Source: a virus (lineage: Duplodnaviria; Caudoviricetes). From it: a stretch of DNA of 56,239 nucleotides. Of the stretch, positions 42,455 to 51,889 are shown one piece after another. Within the stretch, counting starts at the first letter, position 1; the number at the start of each line of letters is the position of its first letter. The notes beneath the pieces are model-generated. The model was not told where the DNA came from. It did not search any database and was given only the letters and a program-made list of their open reading frames with translations. The stretch covers positions 1 through 56,239 of the IMG/VR virus record IMGVR_UViG_3300011334_000247. One strand, 5' to 3'. Both the position numbers and the translations under genes were made by a program.

Positions 42455-42916
42455 ATGGGAAAGAAGACTGGAGCAACTCGATTGGCTGAGCTGGCAGGCG
42501 CACCGCCCAGGCTCGCGTCCGTCGAGGACCTCGAGGCTGCTGGCCCTACGCCTGCGCACCGACACGCCAAGCAAACCTCGAGCAAGAAGCCTATGGGCAT
42601 CAACCTCAAGGCTGTGGCCGAGGCCCTGCGCGAGGCTGGCATGGACCCGGCTGTCGAGATGATCAACATCTTGAAGCGCCAGGTCCCAGTGCGTGATGCG
42701 AATGGCAAGCCACGCGTCGACCCTGAAACCAAACAGCCAATGATGGTTGATGCCATCGACGCAGACACCAAGCTGCGTGTGCTCAACGAGATGCTGCAAT
42801 ACACGCAGCCAAAGCTCAAGTCTGTCGAGATGAAAGTCTCCGGCAACCTGGAGCTCACAGCTGAGCAGCTCGACAATCGATTGGCCATGTTCTTGTCAAA
42901 GGCTGCACGCAAATGA
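42455..42916 (+). CDS. Terminase small subunit (putative)
   Basis: Directly upstream of TerL; LQYTQPKLKSVE motif. Confidence 0.65.
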   Translation: MGKKTGATRLAELAGAPPRLASVEDLEAAGPTPAHRHAKQTSSKKPMGINLKAVAEALREAGMDPAVEMINILKRQVPVRDANGKPRVDPETKQPMMVDAIDADTKLRVLNEMLQYTQPKLKSVEMKVSGNLELTAEQLDNRLAMFLSKAARK

Positions 42917-44391
42917 AAATCGACGACCTCGACCTCTCGAAACTTGATCTGTCAAAGCTCAGTCACGCAGAGAAGCTCGAGGTTTACGAGCTGCTTCGGA
43001 TCAAGGACATTCGCGCCAAGCGCAACCGCCTGGCAGCCTACAAGCCGTACAACAAGCAGGTCGAGTTCCACACAGCTGGCGCATCATTCCGTGAGCGTTT
43101 GTTCATGGCCGGTAACCAGCTTGGCAAGACATGGGCTGGCGCATTTGAGACCGCGATGCACCTGACTGGCCGTTACCCTGACTGGTGGAAGGGCACCCGA
43201 TTCCCTTATGCGATCCGCGCAATGGTTGGGTCCGAGTCAGCTGAATTGACACGCAAGGGCGTGCAGCGTTTGCTGCTTGGTCCGCCTGAAGTGCGCGACG
43301 AATGGGGCACTGGCTCCATTCCCTACGAGTGCATCCGCGACACCAGCATGAAGCAAGGCGTGCCGGATGCAGTGTCCAGCATCGTCGTGCGTCACGACTG
43401 TGGCGAGGATTCGGTTATTCAATTCAACTCATACGACCAGGGCCGCACCAAGTGGCAGGCCGACACGGTCAACTGGGTGTGGTTCGATGAGGAGCCACCG
43501 CTTGGTGTTTACTCTGAGGGCCTGACCCGCACCCAGGCTGTCGGCGGCCAGGTGTGCGTCACCTTCACGCCACTGCTTGGCATGTCCGAGGTGGTCAAGC
43601 GGTTCTTGATCGAAAAGCCCGCAGGCACCAACGTCACCAACATGACGATCAACGATGCCGAGCACTACACCGAAGAGCAGCGCGAAGCCATCATCAACGC
43701 ATACCCTGAGCACGAGCGCGAAGCACGGGCCAAGGGTATTCCCATCCTGGGCAGTGGCCGCGTGTTCCCGGTTGCCGAGGACGCTATCAAGGTTCGGTCG
43801 TTCCCGATCCCACCGCACTGGCCGCGCATCGTCGGCCTGGACTTTGGCTGGGGTCACCCGACAGCTGTCGTGTGGATGGCGTGGGACCGTGACAGCGACA
43901 CGCTCTACGTGACTGACTGCTACCGAATGAAGGAAGCCAGCGTGGCCATCCACGCTTCGGCTATCCGCACGCGAGGCGACTGGGTGCCAGTGGCCTGGCC
44001 GCATGATGGCTTGCAGCACGACAAGGGTTCAGGCGAACAGCTGGCCAAGCAGTACAAGGACCTGGGTGTCAACATGCTGGCCGATCGCGCTACATTCGAG
44101 GATGGCGGCAACGGCTTGGAGGCCGGTGTCGCTGAGATGCTGACGCGCATGCAGACCATGCGCTTGCGAGTGTTCTCTCACCTGGAAGAGTGGTTCGAGG
44201 AGTTCCGCCTGTTCCACCGCAAAGACGGCGTGATCGTCAAGCTCAACGACGACTTGCTGTCAGCTACTCGCTACGGCATGATGATGCGTCGCAAGGCCAA
44301 AACGCAAGAAGAAGCCGAGACCCGCATGCGCAACACTCGCGCACCCAACGTCACGCCATTCGGCGTGTTTGACCCTGTGACTGGATACTGA
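42913..44391 (+). CDS. terL: Terminase large subunit
   Basis: AGNQLGKT Walker A, WFDEEPP Walker B, TFTP, GLDFGWGHPTA nuclease motif. Confidence 0.95.
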   Translation: MKIDDLDLSKLDLSKLSHAEKLEVYELLRIKDIRAKRNRLAAYKPYNKQVEFHTAGASFRERLFMAGNQLGKTWAGAFETAMHLTGRYPDWWKGTRFPYAIRAMVGSESAELTRKGVQRLLLGPPEVRDEWGTGSIPYECIRDTSMKQGVPDAVSSIVVRHDCGEDSVIQFNSYDQGRTKWQADTVNWVWFDEEPPLGVYSEGLTRTQAVGGQVCVTFTPLLGMSEVVKRFLIEKPAGTNVTNMTINDAEHYTEEQREAIINAYPEHEREARAKGIPILGSGRVFPVAEDAIKVRSFPIPPHWPRIVGLDFGWGHPTAVVWMAWDRDSDTLYVTDCYRMKEASVAIHASAIRTRGDWVPVAWPHDGLQHDKGSGEQLAKQYKDLGVNMLADRATFEDGGNGLEAGVAEMLTRMQTMRLRVFSHLEEWFEEFRLFHRKDGVIVKLNDDLLSATRYGMMMRRKAKTQEEAETRMRNTRAPNVTPFGVFDPVTGY

Positions 44392-44392
44392 C

Positions 44393-44716
44393 ATGCCACA
44401 ACCCTACAACATGATGCAGATGCCTCAACGTCAACAGCAGCCACTGCAACCGGCGCAAGACATGCCGCCTGCGCAAGCCAACCTTGCGGCCATCAGCCAA
44501 AATTCCAGGGCCGATGCGGCCATGCCGAGCGGCAAATCTCAGAACGCGCCGGTCGCTGGTAAAGAGGTTATGCGGCGGCCACCAACATTGCAGCCAATCC
44601 CAGGCGGCGCAATGGGTGGCCAGGCGATGAAGACGGGCATCAATCCTGAGAATCGCAACATTAACCAAACCATGGGCACGGGCATCATCTCTGCCCAGAT
44701 GAACCGTTCAGCCTGA
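44393..44716 (+). CDS. Hypothetical Q/P/M-rich protein
   Basis: 107-aa ORF between TerL and portal. Confidence 0.6.
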   Translation: MPQPYNMMQMPQRQQQPLQPAQDMPPAQANLAAISQNSRADAAMPSGKSQNAPVAGKEVMRRPPTLQPIPGGAMGGQAMKTGINPENRNINQTMGTGIISAQMNRSA

Positions 44717-44728
44717 TAGGACAAACAC

Positions 44729-46951
44729 ATGAAGCCCCAGCAAATTGAGGTAGAAGTAGAAGTCGCCGATCCAGAGATGGAGAGGGAGCGCACGCAAGAA
44801 CGCCTGCAAGCGTTTGGCCAATCCATGGCCAACCAGCGCGACGATTGGATTCGGTCCCGCTACAGCTACGGAGTGGACAAGCGTTGGATCGAAGACGAGG
44901 ATCAGTACAACGCCAAGGACAACATCGCCAAGCAGGCCAGTCAGATGATGACTTCAGTGGAGCAGGGTTATCCCGTAACTACGCAGATGGCCAAGCCTCA
45001 CCGTTCGACTGTCTACATCGGCATGACCAGGCAGAAGACCAATGCAGCCGAGGCACGCATCTCCGACATTTTGCTGCCCACCGACGACCGCAATTGGGGC
45101 ATCAAGCCCACACCGAAACCCAAGCTCATGGCCATGAGCCGCGACACCCAGATGGCCGGTGACCGCGAGACCGGCCAACCACTGATGCACCCAGAGACTG
45201 GCCAGCCCTTGGCTATGCGCGACATCGCCCGTGCCTCCTTAGAGATAGCACGCAAGAAGGCGGAGGCCATGCAGCTGGAGATCGAGGACCAATTGGTCGA
45301 ATGTGACTACAACGGCGAATTGCGCAAGGTGATTCACAACGCGGCCCGCTTGGGCACCGGCGTGATCAAGGGACCGATCGTCACCAACCGCACACGCAAA
45401 GCCTGGCAGCCGTACAAGGACATGCAGGGCAACACCATTCACCAGTTGGACATCGTCAACGAAGTGACGCCCGCGTCATTCAGCATCGACCCCCGCAACG
45501 TCTGGCCAGACCCAGGCTGCGGCGATTCGATTCACAACGGCAAGGGCATCTACGAGCGCGAGCAAATGACCAGCCGCCAGGTCCGCGATCTGGCCAAGCA
45601 GCCCGGCTACATGAAAGAGCAGATTCGCAAAGTGCTGGAAGAAGGTCCTAAGAAGTCGGTCACATTCCAGGAACTGAAGGACGACGACCAGCGCGACATT
45701 GCACGCGATGTGTATGAGATGTGGAGCTATTGGGGCGACGTGGACTACGACGATCTCGAAGCCGCAGGCATCAAGCTGGGCGACAAGGACGAGCTTCGCG
45801 CGGTCAGTGCATGCGTCGTGATGATCAACAGCACGATCGTCAAGGCATACCTCAACCCGCTTGAAGGCGGCGAGCTGCCATACGACTTCTACGTTTGGGA
45901 GCGTGTGGCTGACAGCGTGTGGGGTTATGGTATTCCCTACCTCATGCGTGCACAGCAGAAGGTCCTCAACGCTGCATGGCGTCAGATGATGGACAACGCC
46001 GGTGTATCCAGCGGGCCACAGATCATCGTCAAGGCTGGCGCTATCCAGCCAGCAGACAAGCAGTGGCAGCTGAGCGCACGCAAGATATGGTTTGCTACCG
46101 ACGAGGTGGACGACGTGCGCAAGGCATTCACCGCAGTGGAATTCAACAGTCACCAAGCTGAGCTGTCCGGCATCATCAAGATGGCCATGGAGTTGGCCGA
46201 CATGGAGACTGGCGTGCCAGTCCTTATGCAGGGCGAGAAAGGCGCAGCGCCTGATACGGTCGGTGGCATGCAGATGCTGATGAACAGCGCCAACGTGGTG
46301 CTGCGTCGTTTGGTCAAACAGTTCGACGACATGGTCACACGCCCGCACATTCGCCGGTACTACGACTACAACATGATGTACAACGATGATGAAGAAGTCA
46401 AAGGCGACTTCAGCATCGACGCCCGTGGCTCATCGGCCCTGCTGATCCGCGACATCCAGAACCAGGCATTCCTGAACCTGCTGGCCGCTGGAGCAAACCC
46501 GGTGTACGGCGTGTACCTGGATACCCAGAAGCTATTCGAGAAGGCCCTACAGGCCCAGCACATCGATCCCAAGGACGTGTTTAAGTCCGAGGAAGAACTC
46601 GAGAAAATCAAAGAGCAGCAGAAGAACCCGCAGGCAGCACCGCCCGATCCAGCCCTGGCCGTGGCTCAGCTGCGTGGCCAGATCGAGATGGAGAAGGCCA
46701 AGGCCCAGAACCAGGGCGACATGGCCGAGTTGCAGGTACGCCAAGCGATTGCCCAGCAGGACGGCGAAATTCGCATGGCCGAGATGCAGCTCACCCGCGA
46801 GATCGAGATGCTGAAGATGGCAAACACACAAAACCTCACACTCGAACAGATCAAGGCCAAGTTGGCCGACACGGCAATGCGCGAGCGCGGCAAGAAAGAG
46901 CTGTACGCGGCAGAAGCAAATTTAAAAATGACCACTGGTCAAGGCATCTAA
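44729..46951 (+). CDS. Portal protein
   Basis: 740 aa after TerL; LGTGVIKGP, WGYGIP, TVGGMQML, C-terminal Q-rich barrel coiled coil. Confidence 0.85.
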   Translation: MKPQQIEVEVEVADPEMERERTQERLQAFGQSMANQRDDWIRSRYSYGVDKRWIEDEDQYNAKDNIAKQASQMMTSVEQGYPVTTQMAKPHRSTVYIGMTRQKTNAAEARISDILLPTDDRNWGIKPTPKPKLMAMSRDTQMAGDRETGQPLMHPETGQPLAMRDIARASLEIARKKAEAMQLEIEDQLVECDYNGELRKVIHNAARLGTGVIKGPIVTNRTRKAWQPYKDMQGNTIHQLDIVNEVTPASFSIDPRNVWPDPGCGDSIHNGKGIYEREQMTSRQVRDLAKQPGYMKEQIRKVLEEGPKKSVTFQELKDDDQRDIARDVYEMWSYWGDVDYDDLEAAGIKLGDKDELRAVSACVVMINSTIVKAYLNPLEGGELPYDFYVWERVADSVWGYGIPYLMRAQQKVLNAAWRQMMDNAGVSSGPQIIVKAGAIQPADKQWQLSARKIWFATDEVDDVRKAFTAVEFNSHQAELSGIIKMAMELADMETGVPVLMQGEKGAAPDTVGGMQMLMNSANVVLRRLVKQFDDMVTRPHIRRYYDYNMMYNDDEEVKGDFSIDARGSSALLIRDIQNQAFLNLLAAGANPVYGVYLDTQKLFEKALQAQHIDPKDVFKSEEELEKIKEQQKNPQAAPPDPALAVAQLRGQIEMEKAKAQNQGDMAELQVRQAIAQQDGEIRMAEMQLTREIEMLKMANTQNLTLEQIKAKLADTAMRERGKKELYAAEANLKMTTGQGI

Positions 46952-46969
46952 ACCTGAAAGGAAATCAAC

Positions 46970-47332
46970 ATGGCATCAATCAGCGCAACCGTCAGTCGCG
47001 ACACCGCTCCCGGCGCGATCATCGTTACTTGGGCATTAGGCAGCGCAGACACTGGCTTGCCCTATCAGCTCAGCTCAGCATCGGACCTAACATGCCACAC
47101 GTTTGGCACGTTTGGGGCAGCGACGATTACCTGGCAAGGGTCAAGCGACGGCACCAATTGGCACGCCATGACTCAAAAGGGTGGCACGGCCAACATGGCT
47201 TACACCACCACTGGCAACCACACACCCAATGAGATGCCTCCGTTCATCCGCCCGATCTCAGCTGGCGGTACGGGCACGGCGATCACCGCGTCTTTGTGCA
47301 TCTATCCACGTTGGTCCAAGAACCAATTTTGA
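46970..47332 (+). CDS. Hypothetical virion protein
   Basis: GTFGAATITWQGSSDGTNW beta-rich motif. Confidence 0.65.
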   Translation: MASISATVSRDTAPGAIIVTWALGSADTGLPYQLSSASDLTCHTFGTFGAATITWQGSSDGTNWHAMTQKGGTANMAYTTTGNHTPNEMPPFIRPISAGGTGTAITASLCIYPRWSKNQF

Positions 47333-47336
47333 TCAC

Positions 47337-47387
47337 TTGCGCACCACCCCCTGCCTCGCATAGAATCTCGGCAGGGACCTTGCGTCC
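47337..47387 (+). promoter_or_regulatory. Late promoter 3 (TTGCGC-18-TAGAAT) with GGGACC leader hairpin
   Basis: -35 47337-42, -10 47361-66, GGGACCTTGCGTCC 47374-87. Confidence 0.65.
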
Positions 47388-47398
47388 AAAAATTACAT

Positions 47399-47423
47399 AG
47401 CCAGGCAATGACCTGGCTTTTTT
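47399..47423 (+). terminator. Promoter-proximal intrinsic terminator
   Basis: AGCCAGG-CAATGA-CCTGGCT-TTTTT. Confidence 0.7.
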
Positions 47424-47429
47424 GATGGC

Positions 47430-47630
47430 ATGAACGAATACACCTCCGATACCTGGCACAAACTGCGCAAATGGGCTGAAGCAGAGCTCGAACGCGCACG
47501 CGTTCGGAACGACGCCGTGGGACTCTCCGAAAATGACCCGGCTGCGCTTCGGGGTGAGAGCAGGATGCTCAAACGATATCTCGACTTGCCGCAAGCGGCA
47601 ACTCGAGGTGTAGTGGTTGAGCCGGACTAA
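47430..47630 (+). CDS. Small head-module protein
   Basis: SDTW..L...L...R..ND...TxxLRG-like pattern typical between portal and scaffold. Confidence 0.65.
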   Translation: MNEYTSDTWHKLRKWAEAELERARVRNDAVGLSENDPAALRGESRMLKRYLDLPQAATRGVVVEPD

Positions 47631-47654
47631 CAGTCCCGCACAACCTGTCTGAGT

Positions 47655-47677
47655 GACCGCCTTCGGGCGGTCTTTTT
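47655..47677 (+). terminator. Intrinsic terminator
   Basis: GACCGCC-TTCG-GGCGGTC-TTTTT. Confidence 0.8.
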
Positions 47678-47692
47678 ATTGGAGAGCGAAAA

Positions 47693-48592
47693 GTGGAACA
47701 ACAACTATCCGAAGAGGAAACGCAGAAACTCTGGAACGAAGAAGCCGCAAAACTTGAATCCGGTGATCAACCCCCCGCGTTCGAGACCCAAGGCACTGTG
47801 CCGGACACACCGCCACAGGAAGACCCTCAACCCCAGGCCGCTGCGCCAGCTCAAGGACAAGAAGCTGATCCGCTGGCAGGACTTCCAGAACCAGTGAAGC
47901 AGGCCCTGGCCCGCATCACAGAACTGGAGACAGCCAACTCTCAACTGCTGCACCACGTAAAGACTGCCGAGGGTCGCGTGGCCGCGATGCAGCGTGAATT
48001 CCAGCAGGCACGTCAGGCGCAACAAGCCGTTGCACCACAAGACGCGCCTACGCAGGGAGACATTGCTGCCGCCGCCAAGAACCCCGAGAAGTGGGAGCAG
48101 CTCAAGCAGGATTTCCCGGAATGGGCCGGGGCAATGGAAGAGTACGTTGGGGCCAAGCTCAACGGCATGCAGAGCGGTGTTCAGGCCAATCAGGTCGTTG
48201 AATACGTACAAGCTCAGCAGGCCGAGCTTAGAAACCAAATGCAAGCTGCCATTGAAGAGGCCCGTGTCGAAGGCAAGTACGAAGACTGGCGCGAAACAAT
48301 CAACACGCCTGACTTTGCACAATGGTTCGCCATTCAGCCTAACGAGGTGAGAGCCTTGGCCGACAGTCCACATGGCAGAGACGCGATCAAGATGTTGGAC
48401 ATGTTCAACAACGTGAGAACGAAACCTGCTTCGGAAATCAGGCAAGAGCGCGGAGCACGTCTCGCCGCAGCCGCGACGACCCGACCTGGCCAGACACCGC
48501 CGCCCAAGACATTGGACGACTTGTCTCCAGAAGAACTTTGGAACTACGAGGCCAAGAAGCGCGAAGAACAAAAAGCGCGTCAAGGCTACTGA
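47693..48592 (+). CDS. Capsid scaffolding protein (putative)
   Basis: Acidic disordered N-terminus, coiled coils, directly before MCP. Confidence 0.7.
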   Translation: MEQQLSEEETQKLWNEEAAKLESGDQPPAFETQGTVPDTPPQEDPQPQAAAPAQGQEADPLAGLPEPVKQALARITELETANSQLLHHVKTAEGRVAAMQREFQQARQAQQAVAPQDAPTQGDIAAAAKNPEKWEQLKQDFPEWAGAMEEYVGAKLNGMQSGVQANQVVEYVQAQQAELRNQMQAAIEEARVEGKYEDWRETINTPDFAQWFAIQPNEVRALADSPHGRDAIKMLDMFNNVRTKPASEIRQERGARLAAAATTRPGQTPPPKTLDDLSPEELWNYEAKKREEQKARQGY

Positions 48593-48616
48593 AAACTTTT
48601 TTAAAGGACCTACATC

Positions 48617-49678
48617 ATGGCTATTCAAAATTACGGCACAGTTGCATCACGGAACTTGATCCGTGCCGCACAAGGCATGCTGGAACACGCCCAACCCATC
48701 ACCGTCTTGGGCGACTTCGGTACTCAGCGCGAAATGCCCCAGAACTCGACAGACACTTTGGTGTTCCGTCGTACTCTGCCTTTCGGCGCATCTACATCAG
48801 GCACCACAATCGAGAACTCTTCTCGCTATGTTGGTACTCCTGACATCACCGCATCCAACTTCGTGTTGGCTGAGGGCGTGACTCCTAACTCCAACACCAT
48901 CACGTTCCAAGACGTGTCCGTTCAGCTCCAGCAGTACGGTGTGTTGTTCAAGTACAGCTCCAAGACTGAGCAGTTGTACGAAGACGACATCCCCGGCGAG
49001 ATGGTCAAGCTGACTGGCGAGACCCTGGCTGAGGTGATGGAATTGGTTCGCTACGGCGTGTTGAAGGCTGGCTCCACTGTGATCTACGCAAACGGTTCTA
49101 GCCGCTCTGCGATCAACACAGCGATCAGCTTGAATGCAATTCGTAAAGCTGCCCGTACCTTGGAATCAAACCGTTGCCGCCGCGTCACCAGCCGTTTGGC
49201 TCCTGGCGTGAACTTCGGTACACGCGCTGTGCAACCTGCCTATGTGGTGTTCTGCCACACTGACGCAGTGAGCGACATTCGTAACCTGCCAGGCTTCACC
49301 CGCGTGGAAGAGTACGGTTCATTCAAGCCTATTCACGACCGTGAAGTTGGCGCATGTGAAGACTTCCGCTTCGTCAGCTCTCCGCTGTTGAAGTCCTTCG
49401 CTGCTGCCGGTGCTTCCGTTGGTTCAAGCGGCATGTTGTCTGTTGGCGCTGCCAACGTCGACGTGTACCCCTTCATCGTTATCGGTGAAGACGCATGGGG
49501 CCAAGTCGCATTGAAGGGCATGTCTGCCATCAAGCCTGTGGTGTTGAAAGCATCCCAGACCAACCACGCTAACCCATTGGGCCAATTCGGCTACGTGGGT
49601 GCTTCGACCTGGTTTGCTACCGTGCGTTTGAACGACGCCTGGATGGCTCGTATCGAAGCCGGTGTGACCGCTCTGTAA
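48617..49678 (+). CDS. Major capsid protein, N4-gp56 family
   Basis: LVFRR, LAEGVTP, LQQYG, EVGACEDFRFV, NPLGQFGYVG. Confidence 0.9.
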   Translation: MAIQNYGTVASRNLIRAAQGMLEHAQPITVLGDFGTQREMPQNSTDTLVFRRTLPFGASTSGTTIENSSRYVGTPDITASNFVLAEGVTPNSNTITFQDVSVQLQQYGVLFKYSSKTEQLYEDDIPGEMVKLTGETLAEVMELVRYGVLKAGSTVIYANGSSRSAINTAISLNAIRKAARTLESNRCRRVTSRLAPGVNFGTRAVQPAYVVFCHTDAVSDIRNLPGFTRVEEYGSFKPIHDREVGACEDFRFVSSPLLKSFAAAGASVGSSGMLSVGAANVDVYPFIVIGEDAWGQVALKGMSAIKPVVLKASQTNHANPLGQFGYVGASTWFATVRLNDAWMARIEAGVTAL

Positions 49679-49685
49679 TGATCAG

Positions 49686-49710
49686 GGGTGCTGGTTAATC
49701 CAGCGCCCCG
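49686..49710 (+). terminator. Hairpin after MCP (weak terminator or stabiliser)
   Basis: GGGGTGCTGG-TTAAT-CCAGCGCCCC, no U tract. Confidence 0.4.
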
Positions 49711-49730
49711 TCTAACCAAAGGAACACACC

Positions 49731-50228
49731 ATGAGCAATGCAGCTTATTACAGCCTTCTCAACAACGGGGAGTTAACCGGTGACGTGATTGGTGCGGTGA
49801 TGGCCACTCCACCAACCGCACTCACAGGCGCAACAACCTGTAACCGCGACGTCCACGCAGGTCGTATGAACGTAATCAATGCAGCCGCAGGTTGTGCAAT
49901 CACATTGCCCAACGCGACAGGCACTGGTTCGGTCTACCGCTTTATGATCGGCACAACCATTACATCAAACAGCACCACCATCAAGGTGAACAATGCTACT
50001 GATGTCATGTCTGGCCGCGCATACGTGATCAGCGATAACACAGCTGCGGTCCTTGGCTACGCCACTGCCGCTTCTGATGACACCATCACACTTAACGGTA
50101 CTACAACGGGCGGATACGCTGGCGACGTCATTGAAATCACTGACGCAATTGCTGGCACATACCTGGTCGAAGTTCATACCAAAGCCACCGGCACGGAAGC
50201 AACTCCGTTCTCGGCAACCGTCTCCTAA
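49731..50228 (+). CDS. Virion structural protein (decoration-like)
   Basis: Thr/Ala-rich, ITLPNATGTG..Y.F; after MCP. Confidence 0.6.
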   Translation: MSNAAYYSLLNNGELTGDVIGAVMATPPTALTGATTCNRDVHAGRMNVINAAAGCAITLPNATGTGSVYRFMIGTTITSNSTTIKVNNATDVMSGRAYVISDNTAAVLGYATAASDDTITLNGTTTGGYAGDVIEITDAIAGTYLVEVHTKATGTEATPFSATVS

Positions 50229-50248
50229 CCTTTTTAAGGAATCTCACC

Positions 50249-50686
50249 ATGTCATATAACATTTCAGAAGTCAACAGCGGCTTCGTTTCTCTGACCGCAG
50301 CTGGCGTCGCCGAAGGCACCAACGCCAACACCTTCAAAACCACCAACACTTTGACTTTCACCAACAACGGTGTGTTCAAGTCAAAGGGTGCAACCGACAA
50401 CTTGACTTTCAGCACAGGCACTGCCTTGGCTGCAAGCCAGGCTTGTTTGTTCGGTGTGTGGATCAACACCTCTGGCACCATTACCACCACCCAAGGCCCC
50501 ATCGTGGCTGCTGGCGACCCCTGCCCTGTGCCCGCACAGGCTACAGCCAACACCACTTTGGTCGGTTTGATCAAAGTGACCACCAGCTCGTCTGGCGCGT
50601 TCACACCTGGCAGCACTGACCTCAGTGCTTCTGGCGTGACTGGCGCTTACTACGACTGCATGGTCATGCCTGGCTCGGCCCTGTAA
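50249..50686 (+). CDS. Virion structural protein
   Basis: Thr/Gly-rich, FTPGSTDLSASGVT; after MCP. Confidence 0.6.
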   Translation: MSYNISEVNSGFVSLTAAGVAEGTNANTFKTTNTLTFTNNGVFKSKGATDNLTFSTGTALAASQACLFGVWINTSGTITTTQGPIVAAGDPCPVPAQATANTTLVGLIKVTTSSSGAFTPGSTDLSASGVTGAYYDCMVMPGSAL

Positions 50687-50715
50687 GTTGTCATCCTCTT
50701 CCTAGAAGAGTTTAT

Positions 50716-50744
50716 GCAGACCGCCTTCGGGTGGTCTGCTTTTT
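50716..50744 (+). terminator. Intrinsic terminator
   Basis: GCAGACCGCC-TTCG-GGTGGTCTGC-TTTTT. Confidence 0.8.
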
Positions 50745-50771
50745 GGATTTTTAACCCCCTGGAGAATAAAG

Positions 50772-51197
50772 ATGGCAAGTAAGAAAAACACCGTCCAAGG
50801 AATGGAAATCATCGACGACGAACCGGTCATTGAGACCGTGGCCGAGTCGCGTGATTTCAGCAAGCTCGCAGCCGATGAGGCTTTTATGAATGAGCTGGTA
50901 ACCGTCATGGTCCATTCGACTACTGATGAGAATCAACCCAACCATGTCGTTGTCAATTGCAACGGCATGAATCAACCCTTAATCAGGGGTGTGCCCACAA
51001 CCGTGAAGCGCAAGTATGTCGAAATCTTGGCCCGCATGAAGGAGACCAAGTACACCCAGGTGACGCGCAATCCTTCTGCGCCTGACCAGATCGACATGGT
51101 TGCACGCCACGGTTTGAGCTACCCCTTTGACCTGGTTGAAGACAAGAACCCCCGTGGCCGTGCATGGCTGCAAAACGTCTTGGCTGAAGCAGCCTAA
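50772..51197 (+). CDS. Conserved hypothetical head-module protein
   Basis: VVNCNG..LIRGVP..VKRKYVEIL...YPF. Confidence 0.7.
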   Translation: MASKKNTVQGMEIIDDEPVIETVAESRDFSKLAADEAFMNELVTVMVHSTTDENQPNHVVVNCNGMNQPLIRGVPTTVKRKYVEILARMKETKYTQVTRNPSAPDQIDMVARHGLSYPFDLVEDKNPRGRAWLQNVLAEAA

Positions 51198-51209
51198 TAG
51201 GGTCCGCGC

Positions 51210-51887
51210 ATGAACCTCCTTCAACTTGTCAACCAAGCCCGTGTCGAATGCGGCGTCTCTGGCCCTGCGCTGTCAACAGCCCAGGGCCAGACCGGCGAAT
51301 CCGGTCGCATGGTGTCTTGGGTGCAGCAGGCTTGGATTGACATCCAGACCAGCAAAGAAGATTGGTTGTTTTTGCGTCAACCTTTGACGTTCAACACGAC
51401 TGGGGCTCAGTGGCAATACAGCGCCACTGACGCCGGTCTTACTGATTTTGGCAATTGGAAGCGGGACAGTTTCCGCTGTTCCAGTGTTGGCCAAAGTTAC
51501 AAAGACGAACAGTTGATGAACTACATGGACTGGACCACGTTCAGAAACCTTTACCGCTACGCAAACATGCGCAACACGACCGCACGTCCGGTCGTTGTAG
51601 CAATCACACCTGAGAAGGACCTGGCCTTTGGCTCGACTCCCGACCAGGCATACGTGATCGATGCTGAATACTACACACAACCTGTCAGTCTCTCGGCTGA
51701 CAGTGATACTCCGGGTATACCGGCACGATTCCAAATGGCCATCGTCTATCGGGCCATGATGTACTACGCCGGATATGAGTCCGCCCCTGAAGTCCTATCG
51801 CGAGGTGACTTCGAGTACCGACGTTTGTACTCGCGAATGGAGATCGACCAGCTGCCGACCATGGTCAGTGGCCCACCTTTGGCGTAA
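51210..51887 (+). CDS. Head-tail adaptor (tail tubular A-like)
   Basis: MNLLQLVN start, W.FL, P.PD..Y.I, D.P.IPARF..AIVY.A. Confidence 0.75.
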   Translation: MNLLQLVNQARVECGVSGPALSTAQGQTGESGRMVSWVQQAWIDIQTSKEDWLFLRQPLTFNTTGAQWQYSATDAGLTDFGNWKRDSFRCSSVGQSYKDEQLMNYMDWTTFRNLYRYANMRNTTARPVVVAITPEKDLAFGSTPDQAYVIDAEYYTQPVSLSADSDTPGIPARFQMAIVYRAMMYYAGYESAPEVLSRGDFEYRRLYSRMEIDQLPTMVSGPPLA

Positions 51888-51889
51888 TC